From: an uncultured Gammaproteobacteria bacterium
GTDB taxonomy: Bacteria; Pseudomonadota; Gammaproteobacteria; JBGSLN01
Length of the DNA: 64,000 nt
Reading direction: 5' to 3'
Assembly (NCBI GenBank): GCA_963695245.1
Contig: OY968770.1
Span: 1,559,198 to 1,623,197 of the forward strand
The notes beneath the pieces are model-generated. The model ran no database searches. It saw nothing but the letters and a program-made list of their open reading frames with translations, and was not told where the DNA came from. Below are positions 17,555-27,368 of this stretch, piece after piece. Positions within the stretch are counted from its first letter, which is position 1. Every line of letters begins with the position of its first letter. Both the position numbers and the translations under genes were made by a program.

Positions 17555-18368
17555 TATTTTTAATATCATAACCCAGTTCAAGTATTCTTCCAAAAATTTG
17601 GCGACGGGAGCGACAGTGTAATTTAACTTTAATGTTATCTAAGTGACGTTCTACTGTGCGAGAAGAAATATATAGTTTCTCCCCCAACTCATTGCAGGTA
17701 AATCCTTTCATATACCAGTGTATAATTTCACTTTCTCGCTTAGATAATTTCTTTAAAAAGTGGTTAAAGGCTTTACTGCTGTCAAATTGGATGCTTTCCT
17801 TAAATGGATCGGTAATTGTATTTTGTTTTGTTTGATAAACCTGGCTTAATTTTTCCGGTATGCCAATGGGGGAGGCTTTTTTCAGAAAAGGTTCTAAGCG
17901 ATGTAAAAAGTATTGGTTAAACTCTTTGAACATATCCAGATGATTAACATAAAAATGGTTAATTTCTTTGTTCAGATGGTGAGTAGCAAACATAAAAAAT
18001 TGTAAGATAGTTTCATCACCTCGAGTGGCTTTGTTGAGTATTTGCAAAAAATGACTTTCGTTAAAATAATTGAAAACTTTTTTGAAACGGGGATTATAAA
18101 AATCTTTGTTGGTTAGATCAGAAATATAAATCCCAAAATGATTTCTTTGGATAATATCTAATGGCATTGTTTCTGCTACATTGCTTTCCAGTAAGGCAGT
18201 ATATTTTCTGGCATTATTACACAAAGCGATAAACTCGCCTTTGGTATTGAGTTCAATATAATTAAAGTGGGTAAGGCCAACTTTATCAAACAGTGGCTGT
18301 GTAATATCTTTCACAAGATTTGATTGTTGAATCATTGGCTGGAAAGCAGATTGAGGTAGTTTAAGCAT
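17544..18368 (-). CDS. LuxR-family regulator with N-terminal ligand-binding-like domain
   Basis: C-terminal LSKRESEII...GFTCNELGEKLYISSRTVERHLDNIKVKL HTH. Confidence 0.85.
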
Positions 18369-18455
18369 ATACTCTAGAAATTAGGTGTAAAATACTTAGG
18401 TAATAATACCGTGTAGACAGTAGTGTAGTCAAGGGTTATTAAGGAATACTTTCCT

Positions 18456-19199
18456 TTAATTTCTCTTTTTGGGAGAAATATACTTTTCGCGTCGGATATT
18501 TTGAATAGAAAAACCTTTATCCAAAAGGAAATTAAAAGATTCATCAATCATATCTGGATTACCACAAAGATAAAAGATATCCTGTTCAGGATCCAATGTT
18601 TCATGTTGAAAAAAATGTTGAACATATCCCTGATGCTCAAAAAGTGTTCCAGCAGATGGCGTATGACGACTATAAAAGGCATGAAACTCAAGGTTGGGGT
18701 GTTTTTTGGCAAAATTCCAAAAGTCCTCACCATAAAGTAAATCCTCTGGGGTTTGCACGCCCTGAAGAATGATAACTTTCATATCATGATTGCCAAGCCG
18801 CTCATGTAATTGTGGCAACATGGATCGATAAGGGGTCACACCGGTACCCGTTGCAAGCATAAAGTAACGTTTAGGTATTTCGTCTCTTAAGATTAATCTA
18901 CCAAAGGGACCTGTGGTAGTAACGTTTTCCCCTTTGGTCAAATGAAATAAAAACTCTGTGCCAGGGCCGCCCGGAAAAGGAGAAACGGCAATTTCAATAT
19001 CTTGAGATTGTGTTGGAATGGTAGCAACACTATAACTGCGATTAAAGGTTTCGTTTTCCACCTCAAAATGAAAGGTGATAAATTGTCCTGGCGTAAAGTT
19101 AAAAGGTTCGGATGATTCTGTTGTAAAAATCATGTGGCGCACTTTGGGCGTTATCATTTTAAAATCTTTTAAAATAAGCTTAAATTCTTTTTTTGCCAT
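18456..19199 (-). CDS. Ferredoxin-NADP reductase-family FAD/NAD(P) oxidoreductase
   Basis: PGQFI, RSYS, ATGTGVTPYRSM, YLCGNPDMI. Confidence 0.9.
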   Translation of the reverse strand: MAKKEFKLILKDFKMITPKVRHMIFTTESSEPFNFTPGQFITFHFEVENETFNRSYSVATIPTQSQDIEIAVSPFPGGPGTEFLFHLTKGENVTTTGPFGRLILRDEIPKRYFMLATGTGVTPYRSMLPQLHERLGNHDMKVIILQGVQTPEDLLYGEDFWNFAKKHPNLEFHAFYSRHTPSAGTLFEHQGYVQHFFQHETLDPEQDIFYLCGNPDMIDESFNFLLDKGFSIQNIRREKYISPKKRN

Positions 19200-19272
19200 G
19201 AAGAAAAAGGTAGTTTATCATTTTGGACGATTCTAACAGATTCAGAATTTTAGGTATATGCCTGTGTACAGC

Positions 19273-20364
19273 CTATGATTGATTTTTCATAGAAAAATCT
19301 TCCATAAAATTTAATAAAGCATCGATACCTGCCACGGGCATAGCATTATAAATACTGGCTCGTAATCCGCCTACGAAACGATGTCCTTTTAGGTTTGTGA
19401 GACCTGCTTTTTCTGCGGCTTCAAGAAACTGTGTTTCCAGTGCTGAATTTTTAAGATTGAAAATCACATTCATCCTCGAGCGATAAGCCTTATCCACTTT
19501 GTTATGGTAGAAGGTGCTGTGATCAATGTAATCATATAACTTTTGAGCTTTGGTTAGGTTTTGTGCTTCTATTGCCTTTAAGCCTCCTTGTTTTTGAACC
19601 CATTTTAAAACCAGACTCAAAATATACCAAGGATAAGTGGGTGAGGTGTTTTGCATGGAATCATTTTCAGCATGTAATCGATAATTAAACATATTCGGAG
19701 TTTGAGGGAAAATCTCTCGCTGAAGTAAATCTTTGCGGACAATAACGACTGTGACACCGGCTGGCCCGAGGTTTTTCTGAGCGCAGGCAAAAATAATCCC
19801 AAAGCGACTGACATCAAGACAGCGAGTCAAAAGATTAGAAGACATATCACTCACTAAGGGTAAAGAACTTTTAGGAATGTTTTGAAATTCAACTCCATTG
19901 ACGGTTTCGTTATCCACATAAAATAAATAGGTAGAATCATCAAATTTTTCCCAGGTTGCCGGGTTAGGTATCGTAGTGTAATCCGTGGAACTGGCATCAC
20001 ACACTACATGAACCTTGCCATATTTTTCTGCTTCTTTTGCTGCAATTTCGCTCCAGATGCCCGTTTTCACGTAAGCCATAGATTGAGCCTGATATGCCAG
20101 ATTCATCGGCACCATGGCAAATTGACTTCTGGCGCCACCGTGTAAAAACAGGACTTCATAGTTATCCGGTACCTGTAACAAATTTCGCAAATCCTGTTCA
20201 CAGGCTTTCGCCAGCGCTTTAAAGGCATCGCCTCGATGAGAAACCTCCATCACTGACATCCCTGAGTCCTGCCAGTTAAGAAATTCAGCCTGAGCCTCTT
20301 GCATTACTTCTAAAGGCAGCATTGCTGGGCCGGCACTGAAATTGTAGACACGTTTTTGATTCAT
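19273..20364 (-). CDS. serC: Phosphoserine aminotransferase
   Basis: YNFSAGPAMLP, DMSS, AQKNLGPAG, GHRFVGGLRASIYNA. Confidence 0.97.
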   Translation of the reverse strand: MNQKRVYNFSAGPAMLPLEVMQEAQAEFLNWQDSGMSVMEVSHRGDAFKALAKACEQDLRNLLQVPDNYEVLFLHGGARSQFAMVPMNLAYQAQSMAYVKTGIWSEIAAKEAEKYGKVHVVCDASSTDYTTIPNPATWEKFDDSTYLFYVDNETVNGVEFQNIPKSSLPLVSDMSSNLLTRCLDVSRFGIIFACAQKNLGPAGVTVVIVRKDLLQREIFPQTPNMFNYRLHAENDSMQNTSPTYPWYILSLVLKWVQKQGGLKAIEAQNLTKAQKLYDYIDHSTFYHNKVDKAYRSRMNVIFNLKNSALETQFLEAAEKAGLTNLKGHRFVGGLRASIYNAMPVAGIDALLNFMEDFSMKNQS

Positions 20365-20731
20365 ATAACTTATCCAAAACAAATTTTTCCAATTATATCG
20401 CTCACAGGACAGGATTTACAATGTGTCTTTAAATAAATCAAGCAGTTAATTGATCTTGATCCACTTTAGTAGAGACCAAGTTAAGCAACTTTAAGCCAGG
20501 TACTTGATAACCGATGAAAAGGGTTGAAGCTTCTGTGATTTAAACCCAACTAAATTAGCACAGTTGTACACAATTTGTTTTTCGAACAATGCTTCTTCAC
20601 TATAAGCTTTATTATATTTTTTATAATTACTATACTAAAGTGTAAAGTTTCGTGTGCTTGTGGGTTTTCTACCAGAGCCAGAATATTCTACCAGAGGAAA
20701 ATCAAAAAACGCTGTAACTCACTGAAGAATA

Positions 20732-20807
<76 letters not shown>

Positions 20808-20847
20808 AAAGAGTAGACATGATAATGTTTTCAATTATAAAGATCAA

Positions 20848-21387
20848 CTATTTTATCAAACTTAAAAACTCTGTACGGGTTTTAGGGTTTTCTTTAAAAA
20901 CTCCCATCATTTTAGAGGTAGTCATGCAGGAGTTTTGTTTTTGCACGCCGCGCATCATCATACAAAAGTGTTTGGCTTCAATAATGACTCCCACACCTCT
21001 GGCACCAATTTTTTCCATAACACAAGAGGCAATCTGATGAGTGAGTTGTTCTTGAATCTGTAGTCTTCTGGCAAAATGATCTACGATACGAGCAATTTTT
21101 GAAAGCCCGATCACTTTTCCATTTGGCAAATATGCGACATGGCACTTTCCAACAAAAGGCAGAAGATGATGTTCACATAAAGAATATAGCTCAATATCTT
21201 TGACGATCACCATTTCGTCCATATCGCTTTCAAACACCGCCTCATTGATTAACACATCTATATCTTCAGAGTAACCTTTGGTTAAAAATTTCATGGCTTT
21301 GGCTGCTCTGGCAGGGGTTTTTACGAGACCTTCCCGGGTAACATCCTCACCCAGGGCAGTGATTATTTTTTCGAATTGTTCTTGCAT
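20848..21387 (-). CDS. folE: GTP cyclohydrolase I
   Basis: [32 protein letters not shown]. Confidence 0.97.
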   Translation of the reverse strand: MQEQFEKIITALGEDVTREGLVKTPARAAKAMKFLTKGYSEDIDVLINEAVFESDMDEMVIVKDIELYSLCEHHLLPFVGKCHVAYLPNGKVIGLSKIARIVDHFARRLQIQEQLTHQIASCVMEKIGARGVGVIIEAKHFCMMMRGVQKQNSCMTTSKMMGVFKENPKTRTEFLSLIK

Positions 21388-21417
21388 ATCTAATCCAATA
21401 ATTTAATAAATTTAAAC

Positions 21418-21774
21418 TCAGCCGGGCGGCCAGTTCATTTGTCGCCCACCCAATAAATGTAAGTGAATGTGATAAACTTCCTGACCACCTTGTTGATTAC
21501 AATTAAATAAGGTTCGATAGCCAGCATCTGCAATGCCATACTGTTGTGCCAAAGATTTGGCGCATAGTAACATGTCTCCTAACAACATTTGTTCTGAGCT
21601 TTTTAAGTCATTTAAGGTGGCAATATGCTGTTTTGGAATAATCAGCAAGTGCGTAGGTGCCTGTGGCTTAATATCTTCAAAAGCTAAAAGGGTTTCTGAT
21701 TCAAAAACTGTTTTACAGGGAATATTTTGCGCGACAATTTTACAAAACAGGCAGTCTAAAGCGTCATTAGTCAT
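21418..21774 (-). CDS. hinT: HIT-family purine nucleoside phosphoramidase
   Basis: CLFCKI...GGQEVYHIHLHLLGGRQMNWPPG. Confidence 0.93.
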   Translation of the reverse strand: MTNDALDCLFCKIVAQNIPCKTVFESETLLAFEDIKPQAPTHLLIIPKQHIATLNDLKSSEQMLLGDMLLCAKSLAQQYGIADAGYRTLFNCNQQGGQEVYHIHLHLLGGRQMNWPPG

Positions 21775-21836
21775 TTGGTTTTATTGTTAAATATTATACA
21801 ATATGCGTATTTTAACGCTTTTACAGGGCAAATAAA

Positions 21837-22670
21837 ATGACTGATATCATCAATATTTCTGGCTATAAATTTATTCCGCTTGCAAAAATTGCTACTTTAA
21901 GGGTGGATTTACTTAAAAAAGCCGATGATTTACAAATTAAAGGTACAATTCTTTTAAGTCATGAAGGAATAAATATCAATCTTGCAGCACAACGCAAGTC
22001 TATTGATGCCTATAAAGCTTTTTTAAAGCAAATACCGGTTTTCGCAGATATCGAGTTTAAAGAAAGCGTATCGGATTTTACCCCATTTGCCAAAATGGTG
22101 ATAAAACTTAAAAAAGAAATCATTAGCATGGGCGTTGAGGGTATTCAACCTCCCAGTCAACCTGAAAATGCCATTGCGCCAGAAACTCTGAAATCCTGGT
22201 ATGAATCAGGTCAGGAATTTAATATTTTAGATACTCGAAATATCTATGAATACAAAATTGGCACTTTTGAAAATGCTCAGACGTTGCCTTTAGAAAACTT
22301 TCGCCAACTTCCTGAATTATTGATGCATTTTTCCGAAGAAGATAAAGAAAAGCCTACGGTGATGTTTTGCACAGGAGGGGTGCGTTGTGAAAAAGCCATG
22401 CCCTATTTAAAAGAGCAGGGATTTCGCAATATTTATCAGCTTCATGGTGGCATCATTAAATATTTAGAAGCCTGCGGTGGTGAACATTATCAGGGAGAAT
22501 GCTTTGTATTTGATGACCGTGTAGCTCTGACAAAAGATTTGAAAGCCTCAGGCGCTCAACTGTGTCAAGGCTGTCAAGCGCCTGTTACCGTAGAGGAGCA
22601 GGCACAATGTGATTTTGAGGCTAAAAAACGCTGCCTAAATTGTCTAAAACCCTACAAATCCTGTGCTTAA
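21837..22670 (+). CDS. Rhodanese-domain protein, TrhO/YceA-like tRNA hydroxylase
   Basis: KGTILLSHEGIN, LDTRNIYEY, FCTGGVRCEKA, CFVFDDR. Confidence 0.85.
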   Translation: MTDIINISGYKFIPLAKIATLRVDLLKKADDLQIKGTILLSHEGININLAAQRKSIDAYKAFLKQIPVFADIEFKESVSDFTPFAKMVIKLKKEIISMGVEGIQPPSQPENAIAPETLKSWYESGQEFNILDTRNIYEYKIGTFENAQTLPLENFRQLPELLMHFSEEDKEKPTVMFCTGGVRCEKAMPYLKEQGFRNIYQLHGGIIKYLEACGGEHYQGECFVFDDRVALTKDLKASGAQLCQGCQAPVTVEEQAQCDFEAKKRCLNCLKPYKSCA

Positions 22671-22774
22671 TAACAGTGTAGTATAGCTAAGAGTTAGTAT
22701 TTATTTCCAATGAATTAAGGGTTATAATCATCCAGGTGAAAATTTACAGACCCAGACAAATTAGGTAAATAAAT

Positions 22775-23311
22775 ATGAGTTTAAAAAATATTTCAGCGGG
22801 TAAAAATGCCCCTGATGAAGTAAATGTGGTTATTGAAATTCCTGCCAACAGTGACCCTGTTAAATACGAAGTGGATAAGGATACAGGAGCTGTATTTGTA
22901 GATCGCTTTTTAAATACAGCTATGTTTTATCCCTGCAATTACGGTTATGTGCCAGATAGTCTATCCGATGATGGTGATCCTGTGGATGTGCTTGTGATTA
23001 CTCCTGCACCATTGGTCGTGGGTTCCGTGATCGAGGTTCGGCCTGTTGGAATGTTGAAGATGACCGATGAAAAAGGTGAAGATGCAAAGGTTTTGGCTGT
23101 GCCAAAGTCAAAGCTTTGTAGCCTTTATGATCAGATTAAAAATATCGATGATGTACCGCCACAATTATTATCAACTATCAGCCATTTCTTTGAGCATTAC
23201 AAAGATTTAGAGTCTGGCAAATGGGTAAAAGTTGATGGATGGGTAGATCTTACGGAAGCAAAAAGGGAGATTTCTGATAGTATAGCTCGTTTTCAAACAA
23301 CAGAAGCTTAG
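22775..23311 (+). CDS. ppa: Inorganic pyrophosphatase (family I)
   Basis: [29 protein letters not shown]. Confidence 0.97.
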   Translation: MSLKNISAGKNAPDEVNVVIEIPANSDPVKYEVDKDTGAVFVDRFLNTAMFYPCNYGYVPDSLSDDGDPVDVLVITPAPLVVGSVIEVRPVGMLKMTDEKGEDAKVLAVPKSKLCSLYDQIKNIDDVPPQLLSTISHFFEHYKDLESGKWVKVDGWVDLTEAKREISDSIARFQTTEA

Positions 23312-24250
23312 ATGAGTTTGTACAACATCAAAGTGGCAGTGGCAAGTGCGTTGGTAATTATGATTGCACTTGTTATTGTTTGGATGATGTTGCCCAAAAC
23401 GGAGCTGGTAATTGATGCTCAAAATACAAAAACATTACCAGCTAATTTCAAAGAGATTTCCAACTTAAAAATTCTCAGTAGTGCGCAATTCTCAGCTGCT
23501 CAATTAAAAAAGGTAAAAAAAGAATATTCAGGTGATTTAATCGTATTAGATTTAAGAAAAGAGCCTCATTATTTTATTGATGGAAATTCTGTAAGTTGGA
23601 TGCGTAAAGCATCAGAAGGTTATCAGCCCAGTCAATTAAGTTTTGCAAAAATGCATAAGAAAATTATTCGACTAAAAATGCATGGAATTACCCAGGCTTT
23701 TTTAGTGGATAAAAATCCCGATGGATACTTTCATAATAGTGCGACGATTGCTTTACCAGTATCGGTAACTTATTCTGAACGGGATCTTTGCGGTGTCTTA
23801 AAGCTGCCATATATTCATTTAGAAGTGGCTTATCAATCTACTCCTTCTGCCAAAACCGTTGATAAGTTCGTAGATGTATTTCGCCATATTCCTTCAAACA
23901 CCTGGCTTTACCTCCATGGACTGCGTGAACAACGACCACATTTATTTACTGTGATGGTTGCTATCATGAAAAACAATCAATCACAAAGCTTTCAGCACTT
24001 TATTCATAATGACCAATTAAACGCCAAGCACAAACAAAAAACTTTTACTCCAGCTCAACAAAGATTTTTAAAGCAATTTTATCAATATTGTCAGGCGAAT
24101 CAAAAAACAGCTTATAAAACCGGTTGGTCTAAATGGTTGACTCAACAAAAAGATTCAAACCTAAAAATTTGCTTAGGCTTTTGTTATCAGGATTTTAGCC
24201 TGAGTGGCACCACTAATAACTTAATCCCAATATTCTGTAACTGCCGCTGA
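23312..24250 (+). CDS. Membrane-anchored PTP-like phytase/inositol phosphatase homolog with degenerate active site
   Basis: N-terminal hydrophobic helix; SSAQFS, LDLRKEPHYFIDG-SVSW, VDKFV, FLKQFYQY...WSKWL; P-loop reads HGLREQR instead of HCxxGxGR. Confidence 0.75.
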   Translation: MSLYNIKVAVASALVIMIALVIVWMMLPKTELVIDAQNTKTLPANFKEISNLKILSSAQFSAAQLKKVKKEYSGDLIVLDLRKEPHYFIDGNSVSWMRKASEGYQPSQLSFAKMHKKIIRLKMHGITQAFLVDKNPDGYFHNSATIALPVSVTYSERDLCGVLKLPYIHLEVAYQSTPSAKTVDKFVDVFRHIPSNTWLYLHGLREQRPHLFTVMVAIMKNNQSQSFQHFIHNDQLNAKHKQKTFTPAQQRFLKQFYQYCQANQKTAYKTGWSKWLTQQKDSNLKICLGFCYQDFSLSGTTNNLIPIFCNCR

Positions 24251-26137
24251 ATAGCATCTGCAAAATCGCTGTGTAAAAATCGTGAAAAGAAGGTTTCGCT
24301 ACCATGAATGTACTGAGGGATAAAAAACACATTGTTGTTAAATCTTTTTTGAATATCTTGCGCCATATCAGCGATATCATTCATTGGGTTTGCACCATGT
24401 CCCTCAACAGTTATGGCGGCAATACCATTTTGGCGAGCAAAATTGACTAAATAAGTTAAAATACGATGAGTTCTGTGTTTTAACAATGCCAATGCTTTTT
24501 CACTGCCAAAGCTGCCGGTATCTACATTGCCGTAGCTTACAAATACATAGTTTTTAAAATGCTTTGGAAACATTCTTTCTACCCATAATAAAGTATGCAA
24601 GGTGGAGCCAATTTCTTTAACTAAGAAAACAGCAGTAGGTTCATCGGGCTGTAGTTTTAAAGATTCATCTTCTCTTTGAATCTCTTCTAAAGGTACCTCT
24701 AAGGCTTTGTCTAATTCATGTTTTAATTGTTGGTATCGCTCATAATGTCTTTTTAAAAGGTAACAAAGCCCCATAAGGATTCCCGTTGCAGCAATTGCGA
24801 TCCGAGCTGCCTTGCCAAAATTTTGTGACTAAGGTTACGATTAAAATAAAGAAACAGGTTAAAAATCCCGAACCCGACAACAAAAATCTTGAAAGCCATT
24901 TTGATTCAGTTTTGTTTTGCCACCAGTATTTTGCCAGTCCCAAAAGAGAAATACTAAAAGTGATAAAAACATTAATGGCATAAAGTATGATTAAAAAAGC
25001 GAGCGAGCCATCCGTAAGTACAATGGTAAAAGCAGCACAAACCCCAAAGAAGAGCACCCCGTTTTGTTTCACTAAACGAGAAGATAAAATACTAAAACGT
25101 TTGGGAACCCAGTCATCCTGCGCCATATTAGCAAGTACCGCAGGCCCGCCTAAAAATCCAGTATTACCGCCCACAAGTAACAAACCTGCTTCAAAAAATA
25201 AGAGTATGATTAATGCCAAATGTCCCAGGTGACTTATGCCTAAAATATCCTGAAAGACAACCGCATTTAATGTCATGCCAGCAATAGGCTTAACGTCCCA
25301 TAAAAGATAAAGTAATATTAACCCCGAAGCCATCACACTTAAAGAAAATGCCATATAAATCATGGTCATTTTTCCAGTTTTTACTCTGGGTTCAGCCAGC
25401 ATATTGACATTATTTGAAACGGCCTCAAGACCTGTGTAAGTACCGGAACCTAGAGAATAGGCGCGCAGTAAAATTGCAATCACTGCAATAAGGCCAATAC
25501 TACCCACTGCCTGATGAGTTTGAACCACAGTAGCATGTAACATGTGTGGTAACTCAGCACCATGAACAAAAATACCGTAACTGATAATAATAAGATGGCT
25601 AATAAAAAATCCCATAAAAATCGGTAGCAAAATTTTTATAGATTCTTTCATGCCCCGCAAATTCAGTACCATTAGGAAAAAAATAACAATGATTTCAGTG
25701 ATAATCAGATGACCCTGATAGGATACAGGTAATAAACTAAAAATAGCCTGTACACCACTGGCGATAGAAATGGAAATGGTTAAGGTATAATCTACAATCA
25801 AAGCTGTGCCAGAAGCAAGACCAGCAAAAGGCCCCAATAATTCTTTCGCAACTTTATAACCGCCGCCGCCATTGGGAAACAGTTCAATGACCTGATTGTA
25901 ACTCAAGGCAATTAAAAACACTGTAACTGCTGTTAATAATGCCAAAAACAAAGCCAGATGCTCATATTGATGTAACGCTAAATACCCCAGCGCAGGACCA
26001 TAACAGGAGGAAGACAAACCATCAGCACCTAAACCCACCCAGGCTAAAAAGGCAATCAGGGCAATGTGTTGACGATTTTTGGGGGAAAAAGGATCCTGTG
26101 ATTGACCCAATAAGATAGTTTTTATTTTTGTAAGCAT
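24187..26137 (-). CDS. APC-superfamily permease (KimA/YdaO-like), split by a +1 frameshift near 24804
   Basis: AWVGLGADGLSSSCYGP, FPNGGGGY, TGLEAVSN; removing one base restores GSWIAIAATG and joins the two ORFs. Confidence 0.85.
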
Positions 26138-26211
26138 TATGGGGCGGAACAACTAACGATTTCGGCATTATCGCATGCGCATTAGCTAAAGTATATCCCA
26201 GGAAATTTTAA

Positions 26212-26220
26212 TGCTATAAT
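26212..26220 (+). promoter_or_regulatory. Extended -10 promoter for rnpB
   Basis: TGCTATAAT 6 nt upstream of the RNA 5' end. Confidence 0.7.
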
Positions 26221-26226
26221 CCACTT

Positions 26227-26569
26227 GAGTCAGTCAGGCAATCGCTGTTGAGTTTTACTTGATGGAGGAAAGTCCGGGCTCCACAGGGTGAGGTGCCAGG
26301 TAACACCTGGGGGGCGTAAGCCTACGGCCAGTGCCACAGAAAATATACCGCCTGTTGGATTCAACAGGTAAGGGTGAAATGGTGCGGTAAGAGCGCACCG
26401 CGCTGCTGGTAACAGTAGTGGCAGGGTAAACCCCACCTGGAGCAAGACCAAATAGGGATCCACTAAGGCGTGACCCGCGCCGGATCCGGGTAGGTTGCTT
26501 GAGGTGTCTGGTAACAGACATCCCAGATGAATGATTGCCCACGACAGAACCCGGCTTATCGACTGACTC
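26227..26569 (+). ncRNA. rnpB: RNase P RNA, class A
   Basis: GAGGAAAGTCCGGGCTCC, AGTGCCACAGAAAA, GGTAAACCCC, ACAGAACCCGGCTTAT; P1 helix GAGTCAGTC/GACTGACTC. Confidence 0.98.
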
Positions 26570-26603
26570 GCATAATTTTAAGCTTAAATTTGAATTTGAC
26601 TGA

Positions 26604-27260
26604 TGGAGTTTACACACCGATATTGACACTCCCCAATCTGCAGACTATGCAAAATTCATCATACGTGAAGCATGTAAAAACAAAAATATTGAGTGGGATC
26701 AAATTTCATTACACTCTGATAATGGAAACCCAATGAAAACCTCAACATTTTTATCAACTCTCCATGATTTGGGTATTACGCCTTCATTTAGTCAGCCATC
26801 TGTCAGTAATGATAACTCTTATTCCGAAGCGCTATTCAAAACCACTAAGTATTGTCATTTTTATCTTAACAAGCCTTTCAACGCATTAGAAAGAGCCAGA
26901 AACTGGATATGCAATTTTGTAAACTGGTATAACAACGAGCATTTACACAGTGGCATAAAATTTATAACTCCAAATGATAGACACCAGGGCTTAAGTATAA
27001 GCATATCAAAAAACAGAAGTGATGTTTATTTAAAAGCAAAATCTAAAAATCCAAATCGATGGAGTGGAAATATTCGTAATTGGTCTATTCCGAAGGAAGT
27101 TCATTTAAACCTATCTTTACAGATACGAAACCAATGAAAGATCAACGGCACGGCTTTAAGCATTAATAAAAAAGTTATTTCTAAAATAATTTAAATTGCC
27201 AGAGAAACAAAATGATAGTCTAATAATAGCTTCTAAAGGCGATACCTTTCCTGAAACGGA
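26604..27260 (+). mobile_element. 5'-truncated IS3-like (rve integrase core) transposase remnant
   Basis: In-frame LHSDNGNPMK...SVSNDNSYSEALFKT...WYNNEHLHSGIKFITP...NPNRWSG; no N-terminal HTH; possible end motif GGCGATACCTTTCCTGAAAC near 27238. Confidence 0.85.
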
Positions 27261-27368
27261 TCAAGATCAGAGTGCATTATCCCACTATTCCGATTATAAT
27301 AAGTAATTAAATCTGTACATATATATTTTCAAGAAAATGTAATCAGACTAGGGTGGAGATGACTTGCT

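Noticed and set aside
26230-26736. ORFs of 77, 124 and 69 aa around rnpB
   Set aside because: Shadow frames of the RNase P RNA and the adjacent IS remnant
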